Shown: positions 13,318-28,307, counted from the first letter of the stretch. The stretch is DNA of 64,000 nt from Eledone cirrhosa (GCA_964016885.1 OZ024742.1:49290001-49354000), one strand, 5' to 3'. Numbers and translations: made by a program. The notes: generated from the letters alone by a model not told the origin.

Positions 13318-13770
13318 ACTGGACCGAGACCTTTGGCGGTACTCAGTAACAGAGAAGACCCGCCTTACCTAAATATATAGTAAAACCTACTCCAGCCAGT
13401 AGGCATCTCTAACAAAATACACCCCGTCCCACCACCACCACCCCCACCCCATCCACACCACCCCGTTCTATGTAAAGTTATGTTGGTGCCGCGCCATCGA
13501 GGCCGAAACAAACGAGATCGTGTAGGTGTCACGACAAAAAAACACACAGTCCACGCTGTAATGTGGCCGTGTAGGCAACACGGTAAAAACCTCCCAGACC
13601 CACACTGTAAATGTGGTTGGTGTTAGGAAGGGCATCCAACTGTAGAAAACCTGCCAGATAGTCCTATGCGAGCAAGACAATCACTCTTGCCTCAAGTGGG
13701 ACTACCCCCATCCAAACCCATGCAAGCGTGGAACACGGACGTTAAACGTTGATGATGATGATGATGATGA
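13318..13770 (+). mobile_element. RTE-tailed SINE-like element (family S4)
   Basis: Homologous to 49287-49660. Contains the TAGGAAGGGCATCC block and tail CCATGCAAGCGTGGAA..CGGACGTTAAACG(ATG)n. Confidence 0.8.
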
Positions 13771-15277
13771 TATACACACACATAAATATATGGGCATTTC
13801 TCTGTTTGTCTGTCTGTCTGTCTGTCCTTCCCTAAAACTCAAATGTAGGTGCTACAGAAATATTACCTTCCCCTTCCTTTCTCCACTTTGGTACTACCAA
13901 GAGAAACACTGTCGCTATAGAAACATTACCTTCCCCTCTCCACTCACTTTGGTCACTGAGGCCGAGGGAATCGCTGGTTGCTATAGAGACACCAAGCCAG
14001 AAGTAACCAGTTCGAGGCGGTTTTGACTTGACACCATGCCAAGGACCATTTGAAGAAGGTTGCCATTGAATTTTTGGTTTTTGCTGCTGATAATAAGGAC
14101 CATTTGAAGAAGGTTGCTGCTGATGAGGTAATTTATTAATCAGATTGCGCAGTTCCATAACCTACATTTGATTTGTTCAATTTTTTTCTTCAATTTTTTT
14201 TTATTTCTTATTGAAAAAATATAAATAATAAAATAATGTTAGAAAATTAATCTCCTTATAATATATAACCACCAATTTCTCTGTCTGTCTGTCCGTCTGA
14301 AATTTACACACCTATAGACGCGGTTTCAAATCTCTATGCTTTTCAAATTCATCTACTTATAATATATAATGGGCATTTCTCTGTTTGTTTGTCTGTCTGT
14401 CCGTCTGTAAAAAAATGCCAAGGAAACAAATAGACGCGGTTTCAAATCTCTATGCTTTTCAAATTCATTACATTAATCTTTATTTATACGTTTCGCTTTA
14501 CGAGTGTTTCGACTTACGAGTGTTTCGACTTACGAGTGTTTCGGCATACGAGTGTTTCGGCTTATCATTATATATAAACGTTTCTATTTCCATCGTTTTA
14601 TCGTAAACGTTTATATATTTCCATCGTTATATCATAACGTTTATGTATCATAACGTTTATATTTCCGTCACTAATCTCTTTTTCTCCTTTTTCGTTTTAA
14701 CATATATTTATTTCAAAGATTTCACCGTATAGATAACATATATATTTATACATGCATAGAAGACACACCGAGAGACTGTGAACATGTGGCGCCGAAAACA
14801 TTTCTCATCCAAATCTCAACAATATCAGTATATACACGAGATTTGCTAGCAGAAAACCGCCCTCCGGATGGCTTTCTGCTAGTCTATATATCTAAAACAG
14901 GGAATGTCTGTCTGTCTGACTCCCTAAAACTTGAGAACCACCCAATCGATTATTTTCAAACTTTACACATGTAATACTTATGGTCGTGTGAGTGTTTTGA
15001 GCAAAATAAATCTCAAATGTTCAATGCCCTAGAGACCGTATTAGGCGATTTAGCGATCTCTCTCTATAATTCTTAGTCTTTCTTTAGATACATAGATATA
15101 ACGTTGCGCCCTTATAATATCTGTCTGTACGACTGGCTGTCTGCATTACGACATTATGACGATATATGTGTGTGTGTGTGTGTATATATGTATATATAGT
15201 GTGTGTATATATATATATATATAGTGTGTAACATTTTTCGAAATATTTACTTCTGCGTTCACAGATTGATTTTTTTT

Positions 15278-15328
15278 AGTTTCAGAAGATCCTGTTAAGG
15301 GTGAAAACAGCGATTGTTTGCTTAAACT
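15278..15328 (+). ncRNA. Hammerhead-like motif with variant core CAGAAGA
   Basis: agttt-CAGAAGA-tcctgttaagggt-GAAAACAGCGATTGTTT-gctt-aaact. Related copies at 47833-47884, 48130-48163 and 62625-62670. Confidence 0.5.
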
Positions 15329-18300
15329 TTAATCTGTTATTTTAATATATATATATATAATTATATATTCGTGTACAGATATTTTTGCATACACAATAAC
15401 AAAATATAAACAAACGTATTTATTTCACGAGGCTCGATAAGGATAAATATATATCAAATATATAAGAACCCTAGTCTATATATATAAAACTGAGGATGTT
15501 TGTCTGTATGTGTGTGTGAGTTCGAATCCCTAAAACTGGAGAACCACCCAACCGACTGTTTTCAAACTTTACACATGTAATACTTATGTTTCAGGGAGTG
15601 TTCTGAGCGAAACAGATTTCAAATTTCCAATGCCCTAGGGACCGCATTAGGCGATTTAACGATCTCGCTCTATAATTCCTAGTCTTTCTCTTTTTAGATA
15701 GATACATACATATAACGTCGAGCCCTTATATTATCTGTCTGTATGTCTGACTGTCTGCATTACGTCAGCAATACTAAGCTTAGCTAAGGCGGTTATATAT
15801 TTCACACAACACTAAAAATTAAAGCCGGTAAAGAAAAGCATCGCTGTAATAGCTTCAGTTTGTTTACTTACGTGCCTTTACGAGAACAAAAGTTACTATT
15901 TTACCGCTTAGTATTGTAAAGCACCAAACCGACTGTTTCAAAGTTTACACATGTAATACTTATGTGTTCTGAGCAAAAAAAAAAATTCAAATTTTCAATG
16001 CCCTAGAATACTATTGATAGAAAAACTGGAAAACTATTCGATGAAACCAACAGGGCTCATTTTGATATATATGTGATTTGAAGGAAATTTTGATGCTTTT
16101 TCTAGCATATCTTATGACCACATAGACACTCTCCTGAACTGGTACAGTGGAAGCACCTAATTGAAAAATCTCTGATCTAAATATATACATAACTTCACAT
16201 GAATAAACTAATATTGATGGAAATATCTTGCATATAATGAGGATGATGATGTTAACAATGACGAAATTTCTTTATATAATTGATGATAATATGATGCCAC
16301 TGATAGACATAAGAATGACAATGATGATGAGGATAATACTGATGAAGTTATGGAGTTATACACATCTAATCTATTGCAATCAATGTAATAACGTAGCAAT
16401 TTTTGAGCAGCTAATTACTTATATATATATATACACATGTGTGTGTATGTGTGTGTATGTGTGTTTGTGTGTGTGTGTGTGCACATGCGCATAAAGTCAT
16501 ATACACAAACACATAGATTTATGAAATTTTGTTTTAGAAAACTTATATATACTTAGATATAGTGAATATTAATAAAATATGAACTGAATGATGAAAATAA
16601 ATTATTAAGAACATATAAAGAAATAAATATCAGTAATAAGAAATATATTGAACAAATGAGAAAATATAATTTTATCTGTTATTATCGACAATATTTTTAT
16701 TATTTTCTCTTTTTTATTCTTAATACATTTTATTTCCTTTACTTATTTTCCAATCGCTGCTGCTGCTACTACTACTGCTGCAATTTTGCTTACATTACTT
16801 TTCTACTATCACAACTAATAATGATTTAGCATGTTTTTTGTTGTTTTTTTGTACATTATTATTATATGCTGAGAATTTAAAATGTAATAACAAAAAATAC
16901 AGAACACTTCTAATTGCATTTTATGTTCAGCTGTGCTGTATTGTGAAGTTAAAGACATACATACACACACATCTTTATATGAAACTATATATATATATAC
17001 ATATTACATAGTAAAAGTAAAATTTAAATAAATTAATGAATTCAAATAAAAATATATAATATTCTGCTTGAGAAGTACAATTAATTAGCATTCCTTGAAA
17101 AGAAGCACATATTGCCTTACTCTTTTACTGGTTTCAGTTATTAGACAGTGGCCATGCTAGAGTACTACATATATATTATCATCATCATCTTCCCTGATTA
17201 ATTTCTATTTTCCATGCAGGCATGGGTTAAAGTGGGTTATGTTCTGCAAATTGACACAAAAGTCAGATGACCATGCCTTGCGCATACATTCTATTTTGGC
17301 AAGGTTTCGATAGATGGGTACCCTTCTTTTTGACTTCTCTACTGTGTGCATTTTATCAGGGCAACAGTGGTATTACTTCTCAGAGCTGGTTGGGTATATT
17401 TTATTGTGACACCAGCAATATAACACACACACACACATACTCATATATGTATGTATATATAGTGTAAGTGATTCAGTGAATTACTAGTGGTGGTACCAAG
17501 ACAAGCACTCTATTAGTAATGATTTGTTTACATGAGTATGATTTGTTTACATGCATAATAATAACATTCTTATACATATATATGAAACTTCTACATGCGT
17601 GCATGTGTGCGCGTGTCTGTGTGTAGACTGTTTTACGATCAATTTTTAGTGCCTTAATAGCTGGGATGGAAATTCTTAATGAAAACAATTACTTGGTTTT
17701 GGAAAATAAACCACCCACCACAAACAACACCACCACCAAAAACAAAATGAAATGAGTTATTAATCTATAATTGATCTATAATTTATTCATATATCTTGCT
17801 GTCAGTTCTAGATTCTATGTAGATACAGTATCTTGAAAGTTACTAAATGCGTTTCTTATGAAACATGAGCTAACTGCATTGAAGGATACGCCTAGAACTA
17901 AAGATATGTTAGATTCATTTGCATACTGCTGTGTATTTATAGTGTTCATGCAGGCATGTACACATACAAACATACACACTGTATAAGGTCTAAAGCATTT
18001 AAAATATCCAAAGTCAACAAGCAATAACAGAGAATAAACACAGTATGATAGTTGGTATTGGTTTAATCGAAACATTGCCATATTTTCCAGAAAAGACACT
18101 GCATAAGATGATCAAATAATTTTGAAATTTTGAATGACTTTAGTAATACAAGTTTCTCATCATTAAGCTACTGGTTCTCACATAGAATTATAAAAACTGG
18201 TTTTTAAATGCCTATAAAAAACTTAAAACACAGTTTAGTATTGAAAAAAACATGACCAGTTGTATGTTGTCTGATATCAAATGGGTTAATGCTTGAAATG

Positions 18301-19059
18301 TAACAAACAGTTGTGTTTTAGGTTTTTGAGCATTAGTGCTTCATTTCAAAGAGAAGAATCCTGTTTACACATTTGTTTGTCAATCACAATGACAAAAATG
18401 CATTACTCACTATTGACTTGAGCTGAACATGGCAGCAAACATTACAAGATGGGTTAGTTTCTACTTGTATGTCTTGGAACAAATCTCTACTTGAACGAAG
18501 ATGACTGGAAGCCAATAAACAACTCCAGAGCCTGCAAGACGTTATATAAGTGCGTCACATATCCCATACTGCCTTAAATTGATCAGGGCTCTTTGATAAA
18601 AAGCTGCTTATTTTAAAGTGCTTATATTTATCTAATATCCTTCCATCATAATTTATGCAAGAAAATATTTTAAAGTTATGTTCCAAACAGCAATTTCACA
18701 ACAAGAAAGTAAGAAATATGGAAATGAAAGGGTAAACCAGCTGAAAATAACAATAAAACCTCCCTCATTTGATAATGTAGTTTCAATATTTTCAATATGT
18801 GATTGACACAACTGGAACAATTTTTGATTACAGGTCTGCCTGATATGGACTGATGTATGACTAAACAATAACTCTAGTAAAGTGAACTGACATCTGTACA
18901 TTTAAAGGTGATTTCTATCACTTTTAATGGAACATGGGTTTTTCCCTGTTTATATGTCCCACATGTATCACACAAGGATGTAATACATGTGGGACATATA
19001 TAGTTCTGAATTGGGTGCCATATTTCTGAAACCATATCCTTTCAGCCATTTCATATGTG

Positions 19060-19092
<33 letters not shown>

Positions 19093-20628
19093 TTATATAT
19101 ATATGCACACACATATAGAACTAGTCCTCTAAAAGTAACTTTTCAATAAATTGATATATACTCTCTACTAGATGTATTCAGTGTGCGTAATTGATAAGGT
19201 GATGGTGGCATTTTCCAATATTGATGAAGATATATATCTTTAATGGATGGGTAGCTTATAGACTAATGATAATGGTGGTATTGATGTTATTTTAGTTCTT
19301 TTTTCTTTTTGTAATTTGTTCTGATTGAAAAAAAAGAAATGATATCTGAAAGCGTATGATTGAAGTCCATCCTTGCCCAATACAGCTTATCAACTGAATG
19401 TATCCATCAGAGTAGAAATAATCCTATTATAGTGATCACCTCATTTGTCCTGGGTATCAAAATAGAATTGTCGCAATCTGTATTAAGTAGATAGAATAAA
19501 ACTGGAAAAAAAAACAAGAAAAAAAAATCAATGCTATGACTTTGAGGTAAAGATCAGATAAAACACTGGAAAAAAAATGAACACTATAAAATCTATATAA
19601 TAAATCTGTCCACATCTTTGTAAAATGTTACAGCCTATTTGTTACAACTATTACTAAGTGTTTTTATTAATGTTAACCCTTTCACTACCATATTTCTAAT
19701 GAAAAGTACTGCCTGAATACAATCAGGAATTTGGGGAATTTTAGTAACATAACTATCTTTCTCATTATTTAGCTGGTGTTTGGAGCATAACTTACATCTT
19801 CTTTCATAAAATTATGATGAAAAGCTTTTAGATATATAAAAACAATTTAAAACAGAGTGTTTTAATAATTTGAATTGATTGGAAGGCTAAACAATGTGAA
19901 TAAAGTTTATATACATTTGTTTTGCCTTCCAATCATTTAAAATTATTAAATTGACATGCTATAAATGTGGTTGGTGCATCCAGTTGTAAAAACCTTTACA
20001 GTCCCATCAGAGCAAGGTACGGCATGGCCAATCCTGTCCAGAATTGTCTCTCGATGCAGACCACCCGTCTGACCGATCAAATAGTGATGATGATGGTGAT
20101 GACACAATGATTTTAAAAACTGCCTTGAAACTCAATAATATATCAAAACTGTTTTCAATTTTATCATGTTCCCAGCTCTACCATCTTGTGTTTAACTGCT
20201 TAATATAAATGATTGTCTTCATTCTAAGATGAATTTATATAAGTGTATAGATATACCTTGATAGGTCTAATCATTGTATGTATCTGAAAAATTCAGGTAT
20301 TACTGTCATGGGAGCATGTGTTTCAATACTAGATACCTTTCCAAATGGTAAAAAATATTTCTATGAAAAAGAAATGTTAAGCTTGTTTTTAAGTAGACAA
20401 ATTGAGTAGTGTATCTTGTTCAAGTGATGCAGCTATATATCTTGAGAGAGTTCAATATTATGCAGGTCACCGATCAAATGTTGTTCAGTGACCATATATC
20501 AGATTTCAGTACTTTCTATTGCTTGACATAAAATATATAGAAAGAAAATGAAAAAAGTATGCTAATAACTATTTTTCAAATATTTTCCAGCATTCAGAGA
20601 CACACATGCTATATATATTCACATATAC

Positions 20629-20739
<111 letters not shown>

Positions 20740-20937
20740 GTTGATGAACATAGAACATGGATTCAAAGAGAGGTTAAAAAAATAAGTGAGGAAAGGGTTG
20801 AAAGATATTAGAGACAGGTTAAAGATTGTTCAGAAGTGGTTTTCAAGAGCTCACAAGTGGATTGATTCAATTTTAATGATAAAAGAAAATTATATTTCTT
20901 CATACTTTATAATAATAATAATAATAATAATAATAAT

Positions 20938-21243
20938 GCTTTCTTTATTCACCACAAGGGTTTACACAAAGTAGACATTAAGGACAGTACAGGACGATAC
21001 AAATGGGCATTTCTGCATGAAAAAAAACAAAAACAGAGGATGTAACAAAATAAACATTGGAAAATTCCCCAATAGGGGGGAGACTTCCGAGGGCCATCGT
21101 GGAGAAAGCCCATTAAAAAAAAGCCACGGTGACCAGCAGGGCAAGTGTCCTCTCCCAGTTTTCCACCTTCAATTTACAGGCATATACTCAGAGGTCCATT
21201 CACTCGTGCCATTCTTGCCTCTCTCATCCATCTTTCAACAAAA
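20938..21243 (-). mobile_element. 3' end of an L1/Tx1-like LINE inserted in (TAA)n
   Basis: Minus strand encodes FVERWMREARMARVNGPLSICL*, followed by a UTR ending AATAAAGAAAGC-(ATT)n. (AAT)n lies on both flanks. Clade assignment is inferred. Confidence 0.55.
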
Positions 21244-22052
21244 ATAATAATAATAATAATAATATTGTTGGCTGTGACAGTAGTAATCATAAAAACAAAA
21301 AAGACCTCACTAAAATGTTATTTTGAAAAATCATATTTGTCTGAAATAAGTTTTAGTTTATATTTTTTCGTTGTTTGTCTTATATAATTTCTGTTTCTTC
21401 TACACTAGAAATAATTTCTTTTGGATGTCAAACTTTCCGTTTTTCTCTCTTTCTCTGCCTTCATATATTTATAAACCTTGGGTCACACAGATTTCTCTAT
21501 TTCTGTGACCTCTCCAGTTTTAAGTATTTCTCTGGAGAGATAAGAACTGTAAATTGCTTTCTGAGGAAATGACACTTGGACAGGATTTCTAAGAAGGAAG
21601 TTGTTTGGGGATAGATAGCTTGAAGAAATTGAAGTACTTTTTTTTTTGCTTTTATTTAATTTCATTGTTGTTGCATTGTCTTCTTCACTCTTTCCCTTCT
21701 CCCCTTCAATTTTTCTACCCACCAAAATCGAGAGACTGAGTAAGAAACAAAAGAAATTAATCGAAAATAGCAATAATAGGAAAAGAAAATTGAAATATAA
21801 CGAGTCATTTTGAAAGATTCCTTTAGAGAACAGTGATAGAAGATGAAGAACGAGAAGAGGAAAAATAGTCAAAAGAAAGAAAACCTAGTATAAAATAAGG
21901 AAAGGAATATTATATTTCCTTGAGTGTGTGTATCTGTGTGTATTATATATGCATTTATATTTGTATATATTCATAAATTGCCCTTTCCCGCCCCCTTGCT
22001 CTTTCCTTGTATATATATATATTTATATTTATTATAAGAACAGTATTATTAT

Positions 22053-22115
<63 letters not shown>

Positions 22116-24314
22116 GATGGTGAGAGTGGGTAAATTTATGTACATGTGGAATGTTATTGTATTGAAGTTTATAAAGTTAAACGGAAAGGTAATAGTGAAG
22201 CTAGTTCATTTTGAAATGTTGTGACAAGGAAAGAAACGGGAATAACATCAAATACAGTGGGGAATGTAGTATTGCATAAACAACAACAGTAACAGTAACA
22301 ACAACAGTAACAGTAACAACAACAAAAACAACAGTAGCAATAACAGTAACAGCAATAACAAGAGTAACAACAACAATGCAGAATCAATTGGGGGGCCAGG
22401 GAGAAAACTTGACAGATTAAAATGGAATGATAGGGATAAATTTGAAGGAAAGAAAACCAGTTATGAAAGGAAAAACAGACAAGATGTGAAGAGTAATAGA
22501 AGAAAGTTAGCTATTTATAAACATTTGCAAAGGAGTAAAGTGAACAAGTGAGAATACTAAAGGGGAGAGAGAAAGGGGGGAATATATATATATAGAGAGA
22601 GAGAGGGGGAGAGACTTTGTGTGTGTGTGTGTGTGTGAGTGGAGATGGAGTAAAAAAAATTATAGAAAATGCAATATAAAGAGTTTACATTGAAATAATA
22701 AATGTAAAATTATATCGACAAGACTTCAGAAGGACATTTGAACTGGAGAAGTATAGCTTTTAACAAGAAGTATTCACACACAATTAAGCATCAGCAAATG
22801 GAATTATCTTGAACAACAAAAGACTAAATCATAATTTTTTTGCTTCCTTATATTCAAAAGGTATTTTTCATCTACTTTATGTTTGACAATTTTGTTCTAT
22901 CGCCACCTATATTAAATTGTCTTTTAAAAAATAACTGCAAAATAATCATTAAAATATGAAATGTTCTTATTGATAACACTTACCTGTGTGATGCAGTTCT
23001 GTGAAGAACTACAAAAAGAACAGATATTTGCATGCCATAGCTATTGTGATCATTCTGGGAAGATAATGGGGCAAGTGTTAAGTTAACCATAAAAACATGC
23101 TCTGACTTGTTTTTAAATATATTTTTTGTTCTATTAATGTTTGCTTGGTTTTAGAATAACTTGCTTGGAATCTCTTTAGAAGTAACAATCATGACAAGGT
23201 ATTGAACAGGGAACATAATAGTCCATAAAAAATATAAAATACTTTATAAATATGGTAAACAAATATATAAATGCTATAAGTATAAAAAAGACACATTTAT
23301 TTGGAAGGTGTTTCATACATATTTTTTTCTAAATATTAAATTATTGTTGTATAATTTAAAAGTTTAGTAAGTTAAGAATATGAATATGTGGTAAAATATA
23401 TTTTCATATGGGAAATGGCATAGATATGGCTTCATAAATCATAAATGTATTAGCAACTCTGACTTTAATAATTTAAAGCCTGCATGTTCAAAATGTATTT
23501 TGATGTTGGTCTTAAAAGATATCTAATAGCCCTGTATATGCTGTTCTATGATATCTACTTCCCTAGTTAATAGTGTTTTTTATTGTTGCTTTTATTTAGT
23601 GAATTCATGTTTATAGAATATTTGCAATACGTTTTATATGATTGAATTCTCCTACTACTGTAAAACTATGATAATATTTGATAGCATTTGTTTATGTAGT
23701 TGCTTTCCTCTCATGTAACCTCCAATTAACCTAAAACTTGCAGATTGTTGATTAAATGCCAGGTGTACAACAACCTATACACATAACAGGTAATATAGTT
23801 TTCTGTTGTTTCTGGTGACATTATACAGTCATCTTGATAGATTTTGCAAAATAAAATATAACAGAAATATGGAAGCATGTTTCTATTCTCTTTTAGTACA
23901 TAACCTCGTTGTTATGGTACAATCTCTTATTGTTAGAGCACCCTAGGTTTCATGTTCAACTAATTTATTTTGAAGACATAAATGCATTCAATATAGTATA
24001 AAGACAGGAAATCTGACTTTAAAGTGTGTGTTTAGAAAACTATTGTTACATTACAGTGAAATTATATTATTTGTGTATTAAATGAGCATAACTTGTTGAA
24101 TAATTAATTGTAGACACTCTTTCTATCAAAATAGTATGATATATACTAAATGCACATGCCCTTTTAAATCAATAACTGTAAAAAAAATGGGAAAAGAAAT
24201 TGATTAAAAGATTAATAGTGTTTAATGGATGATGTGACTTATAAAATTCCACAAACTATATTTTCTATTTTGAATAAAGGTTAGATAGGTTTTATATAAT
24301 CAAATTCATTATGT

Positions 24315-24478
24315 GATGTCATGGACAGTTAGTTTATTAGGATCTAAGATATGTCATAGTCAGGTATTTTGTTGGGAAGGAATTATAACTAGAATATGTC
24401 ATACGCAGTTATTTTGTAGGATAGGAATTATACCTAAGATGTCATAGACAGCTATTTTTAGGAAGGAATTGTAACTAA
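24315..24478. repeat. About 45-bp minisatellite, 3-4 diverged copies
   Basis: Unit approximately CTAAGATATGTCATAGNCAGNTATTTTGTAGGGAAGGAATTATAA. Confidence 0.75.
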
Positions 24479-26054
24479 AACATTTCATGAAAATATTTAA
24501 GGCTACAAAAGAACTTATCCTTAATTTTCACTAAAACTTCTCTATGGAATGTTTATCCCTCTATCTATATTCACAATAAAGTATCCAGGTTGTGAATAAA
24601 AAGAATGAAATTAAAAAGGAATCACATCTTCGTACCTGTGTCCTTTAAGCTATAGGAAAGAAATATGGGGAAAAAATATTATCCTAAAATAATTTTTTGC
24701 TATTTAGAAAAAAATGGGTAATATATTTCACAATAATATATTTCACAATATTCCTCACAATCTGAAAATCTTTTAGTTATTGCTTGAGGTGATAGAGCTT
24801 TTGTGAGTGAATTCCCCATTGATTCAATTAGAATACCATAATTGCATTTCACTTTCTCAAATATTGGATGGGTATATTGAATAGATAAGTAGACTGTACA
24901 ATGTTCTTTGTAAAATTGTAGAGAACACAGTCACCCTAGTGCACACATTGATACATTATCAATTGAACATAGCTGACCTATACTCTATTTCCTTAAATAT
25001 GAGATTTTAAACAATTTCAAAATATATTATTAGTCTTATAAAATATCTTGCAGTGATTTAGATGATTTCATATCATTTCCTCTTAACAATAATTTTCATT
25101 GAATTCTTAAAGTTGATTAAATGACTAAATGTCTACGTTAGGCTGCTAATAGAATTAGAATTTGTCAGACTGTTAACTCTGTCTGTTAGATAAATTAAAT
25201 GTTTAGATAATATTTACATCTATAGCACATTTTCATTAGTCCCGACATCTTATTCTTAGATGGACACATAATAACATACTCAATTCAAACCAGTAGCCAT
25301 TACTTGTAAATCAAGAATAATGATGTTCTTAAGTATTAGGATAGATTAATAATCAGAAAAATTATAATTGTGTTACACAAGAAAGAGTTGGTTGTGGTTA
25401 TCTTTCATTCTATAATTTATGATCAAGGTTCTATTATCATATTAACAAATAAAAACACCCAGTGCACTCTGTAAAATGGTTGGTTAAAGGAAGATCATTC
25501 AGCCATGGGCAACCTGCTCAACAAAAATGTTGAGAGAACTCTTACACTGTGTCAAAGACATGACAGCTTCGCTAGAGCTGGTACCACAGTAAAATATGCA
25601 TGTATGTTGGGCCCCCAGTCCACACAGAAGTCAGTGTCTCTACTTGAGAACTGTTCACATCCAACTCTTGCTAGCATTGAAAATGATGAGAATTATGATG
25701 ATGGTGATAACAAGACGTCAAGGCATAGTACCTTGTTCAAAGCTGTCTCCATGTTAGTTAAAGTGGCTTATTCTCTACTAAAAATTTCTTTGTCAGTGTA
25801 ATCAATAATGTGGTTACCAAATGAACAACAGTCACAGTGGGTATATTTCTCTTGTCTATCTCAATTGGTGTTAATACTGTCCAAAAAAATCATTTAAATT
25901 TGATACATTTCATTTGTATTTTCTCAAAAGAAACTCAAGAAATCTTCTAAATTCAAAACTATTCCATTACAAGAAACCTTTCCAGATTTGGTGCTACTCA
26001 TTATCAACAAAATGAAACTGGATAATGTTAAAATCAACTACCTTACATGGATAA

Positions 26055-26151
<97 letters not shown>

Positions 26152-26409
26152 ACATCTGCAGTCCTGAGACGGTCAAGACCACTAATCATGGGAGTACTCA
26201 ATACATGGAGAGATGCACTTTTTCCGACTCTAATCTTCCCAGTGATCACCTACCCAGCATAATGCAAAGGAAGACCGTTGATTTCTCCCTCCAAAACACA
26301 CATTCCTATCAGGATTTTACCTATCTCACTCTCTCTCTCTCTCTCTCTGTATGTATATATCCCCCCCCCCCTTGACACCCCCAGAACTCTTTTCCTGCCC
26401 ACTTATCTC

Positions 26410-26437
26410 CTGATGACGGGCTTGTGCTCGAAACGTC
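26410..26437 (+). ncRNA. Minimal hammerhead core in a PLE-like fragment
   Basis: CTGATGA-c-gggc-ttgt-gctc-GAAACGTC. Stem I is not convincingly paired. The downstream tail is related to 27116-27190 (minus). Confidence 0.55.
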
Positions 26438-26525
26438 ATACCCCATCCCCCACTCTCAAGCATGAACCTAATACAAACACTTTGTACTGCACTCTTTGCT
26501 TTGTTTTTTGTTTTTTTTCTGTTTT

Positions 26526-26554
<29 letters not shown>

Positions 26555-26558
<4 letters not shown>

Positions 26559-26942
26559 TAATAAAAGGAATTCCAACTTTGTCTGATTTACTCGTTTTAT
26601 TTACAATCCTTTAAAATTTATAATGGTATTAGAATGAAATAGTATGGTGGATTATTAAATGTTAAGTGTTAATTGAACAAGTACTTTCATGCTTTCGCAA
26701 TCTTCAGGTTCATAATGTGTGGTGACAGTGAAGTTTGCAAATTTCCACAGTTGAAAATTGCAAACTTGACAGTCACCACACATTATGAACCTGAGGATTG
26801 CGAAAGCATGAACGTACTTGTTCAATTAACACTTAACATTTAATATTCCACCATACTATTTCATTCTAATACCATTATAAATTTTAAAGGATTGTAATTA
26901 AACAAGTAAATCAGACAAAGTTGGAATTCCTTTTATTAATAT
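26555..26942. mobile_element. Near-perfect ~390-bp palindrome with an HHR in each arm
   Basis: Arms of about 190 bp centred near 26748. The left HHR is intact; the right HHR (26786-26824) has GAAC for GAAA. Confidence 0.85.
26674..26712 (-). ncRNA. Minimal type I hammerhead ribozyme, intact core
   Basis: tgaac-CTGAAGA-t-tgc-gaaa-gca-t-GAAAGTACTT-gttca. GNRA loop, palindromic AAGTACTT. Confidence 0.82.
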
Positions 26943-27016
26943 AATCTTCTATACACACTCATACACACCCGTGTATATTTATCTATCTATATATATCTAT
27001 CTATATATATATATAT

Positions 27017-27079
<63 letters not shown>

Positions 27080-27189
27080 ATATATATATATACACACATA
27101 TATATATATATATATAGTGAAAAATGGAACGGGAACAAAACAGAGAGGCAGTACGAACAAAGGTTTATTAGTTTCACGCTCTTGAGAGT

Positions 27190-27290
<101 letters not shown>

Positions 27291-27678
27291 CATATATACT
27301 AGATACTTTAGGCTGGACATGAACAAATAAAAGGCAAGTTATCATTTAACAATATATCACCCACAAAACCTTTTGCACATTTAACACATACAAATGCATA
27401 CACACAGAGAAATTATGTATGCACAATGTATGGAACATTATCTGTTTTTACAAGCTTTCACCATAATTGACTATTGATCAACTTAAATGTTTTCATACTA
27501 ATAAGAGAATATTCACAATGTATCATTATTTTTATGATTACAATCACCATTATCGTTATCATTTTTCATCACAATCAAAACCACCACACCACCACCACCA
27601 CCACCATTATCAATGCTATTAATTTCATGTCCACTTTCCCAGTTATTCATGTTGGTATGGGTTGTATGAGCATATATG

Positions 27679-27709
<31 letters not shown>

Positions 27710-27811
27710 GTTTGTATGTGTGTGTGTGTGTGTGTGTGCGTGCGTCTATGTGTAGATATACCATTTCACAGATAAAATAGTATGTATAGCAGGGAATATG
27801 GACAATAAATG

Positions 27812-27850
<39 letters not shown>

Positions 27851-27853
<3 letters not shown>

Positions 27854-27986
27854 TTTTGCGAGTAAGTTAGATTACCGATATAAAAGACACAGAAGTGAGA
27901 AGCGAAAACCAACCAAACAGTGAGTGTGTTCTGTTATTAATTCTGGCAATATTAAACAAATATGACCCTCCCCAAGTATAACAATA
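27851..27986 (+). mobile_element. Short 3' tail fragment of the PLE family at 41421-42353
   Basis: Shares GAAAACCAACCAAACAGTGAGTGTGTTCTGTTATTAATTCTGGCAATATT...CCCAAGTATAACAATA. (TA)n on both sides. Confidence 0.75.
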
Positions 27987-28243
27987 TATATATGTATGTG
28001 TATATATATTTATATATACATGTATTTAATGGTAGCTATACGAAACAATTGTAACGCACAATAAATTGAGTCCAGATGCATCACTGATTTTTCGTTTTAT
28101 ATTATATATATATATATTTATATTATATATATATATATCTGTGTGTGTGTTTGTATGTATTTATTTATATATGTGTTATGGTTCTATGCATGTGTACAAA
28201 TGACATATGTATTTATATGTATATATACATATGTGCATATATA

Positions 28244-28307
28244 TATTTGAAGTGATTGACTATTACATATATATATATATATATGTAATAGTCAATCACT
28301 TCAAATA
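28244..28307. repeat. Perfect ~24-bp inverted repeat around (TA)n
   Basis: TATTTGAAGTGATTGACTATTACA-(TA)n-TGTAATAGTCAATCACTTCAAATA. Confidence 0.9.

Larger units (their letters stand above)
12829..16005 (+). mobile_element. Cluster of non-autonomous Helitron copies from two families, with nested insertions
   Basis: 5' TC starts followed by TATA..AA and (GTCT)n at 12829, 14251, 14352, 14883 and 15475. A 3' hairpin plus CTAG ends at 14882. The second family is homologous to 53343-54227. Confidence 0.7.
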
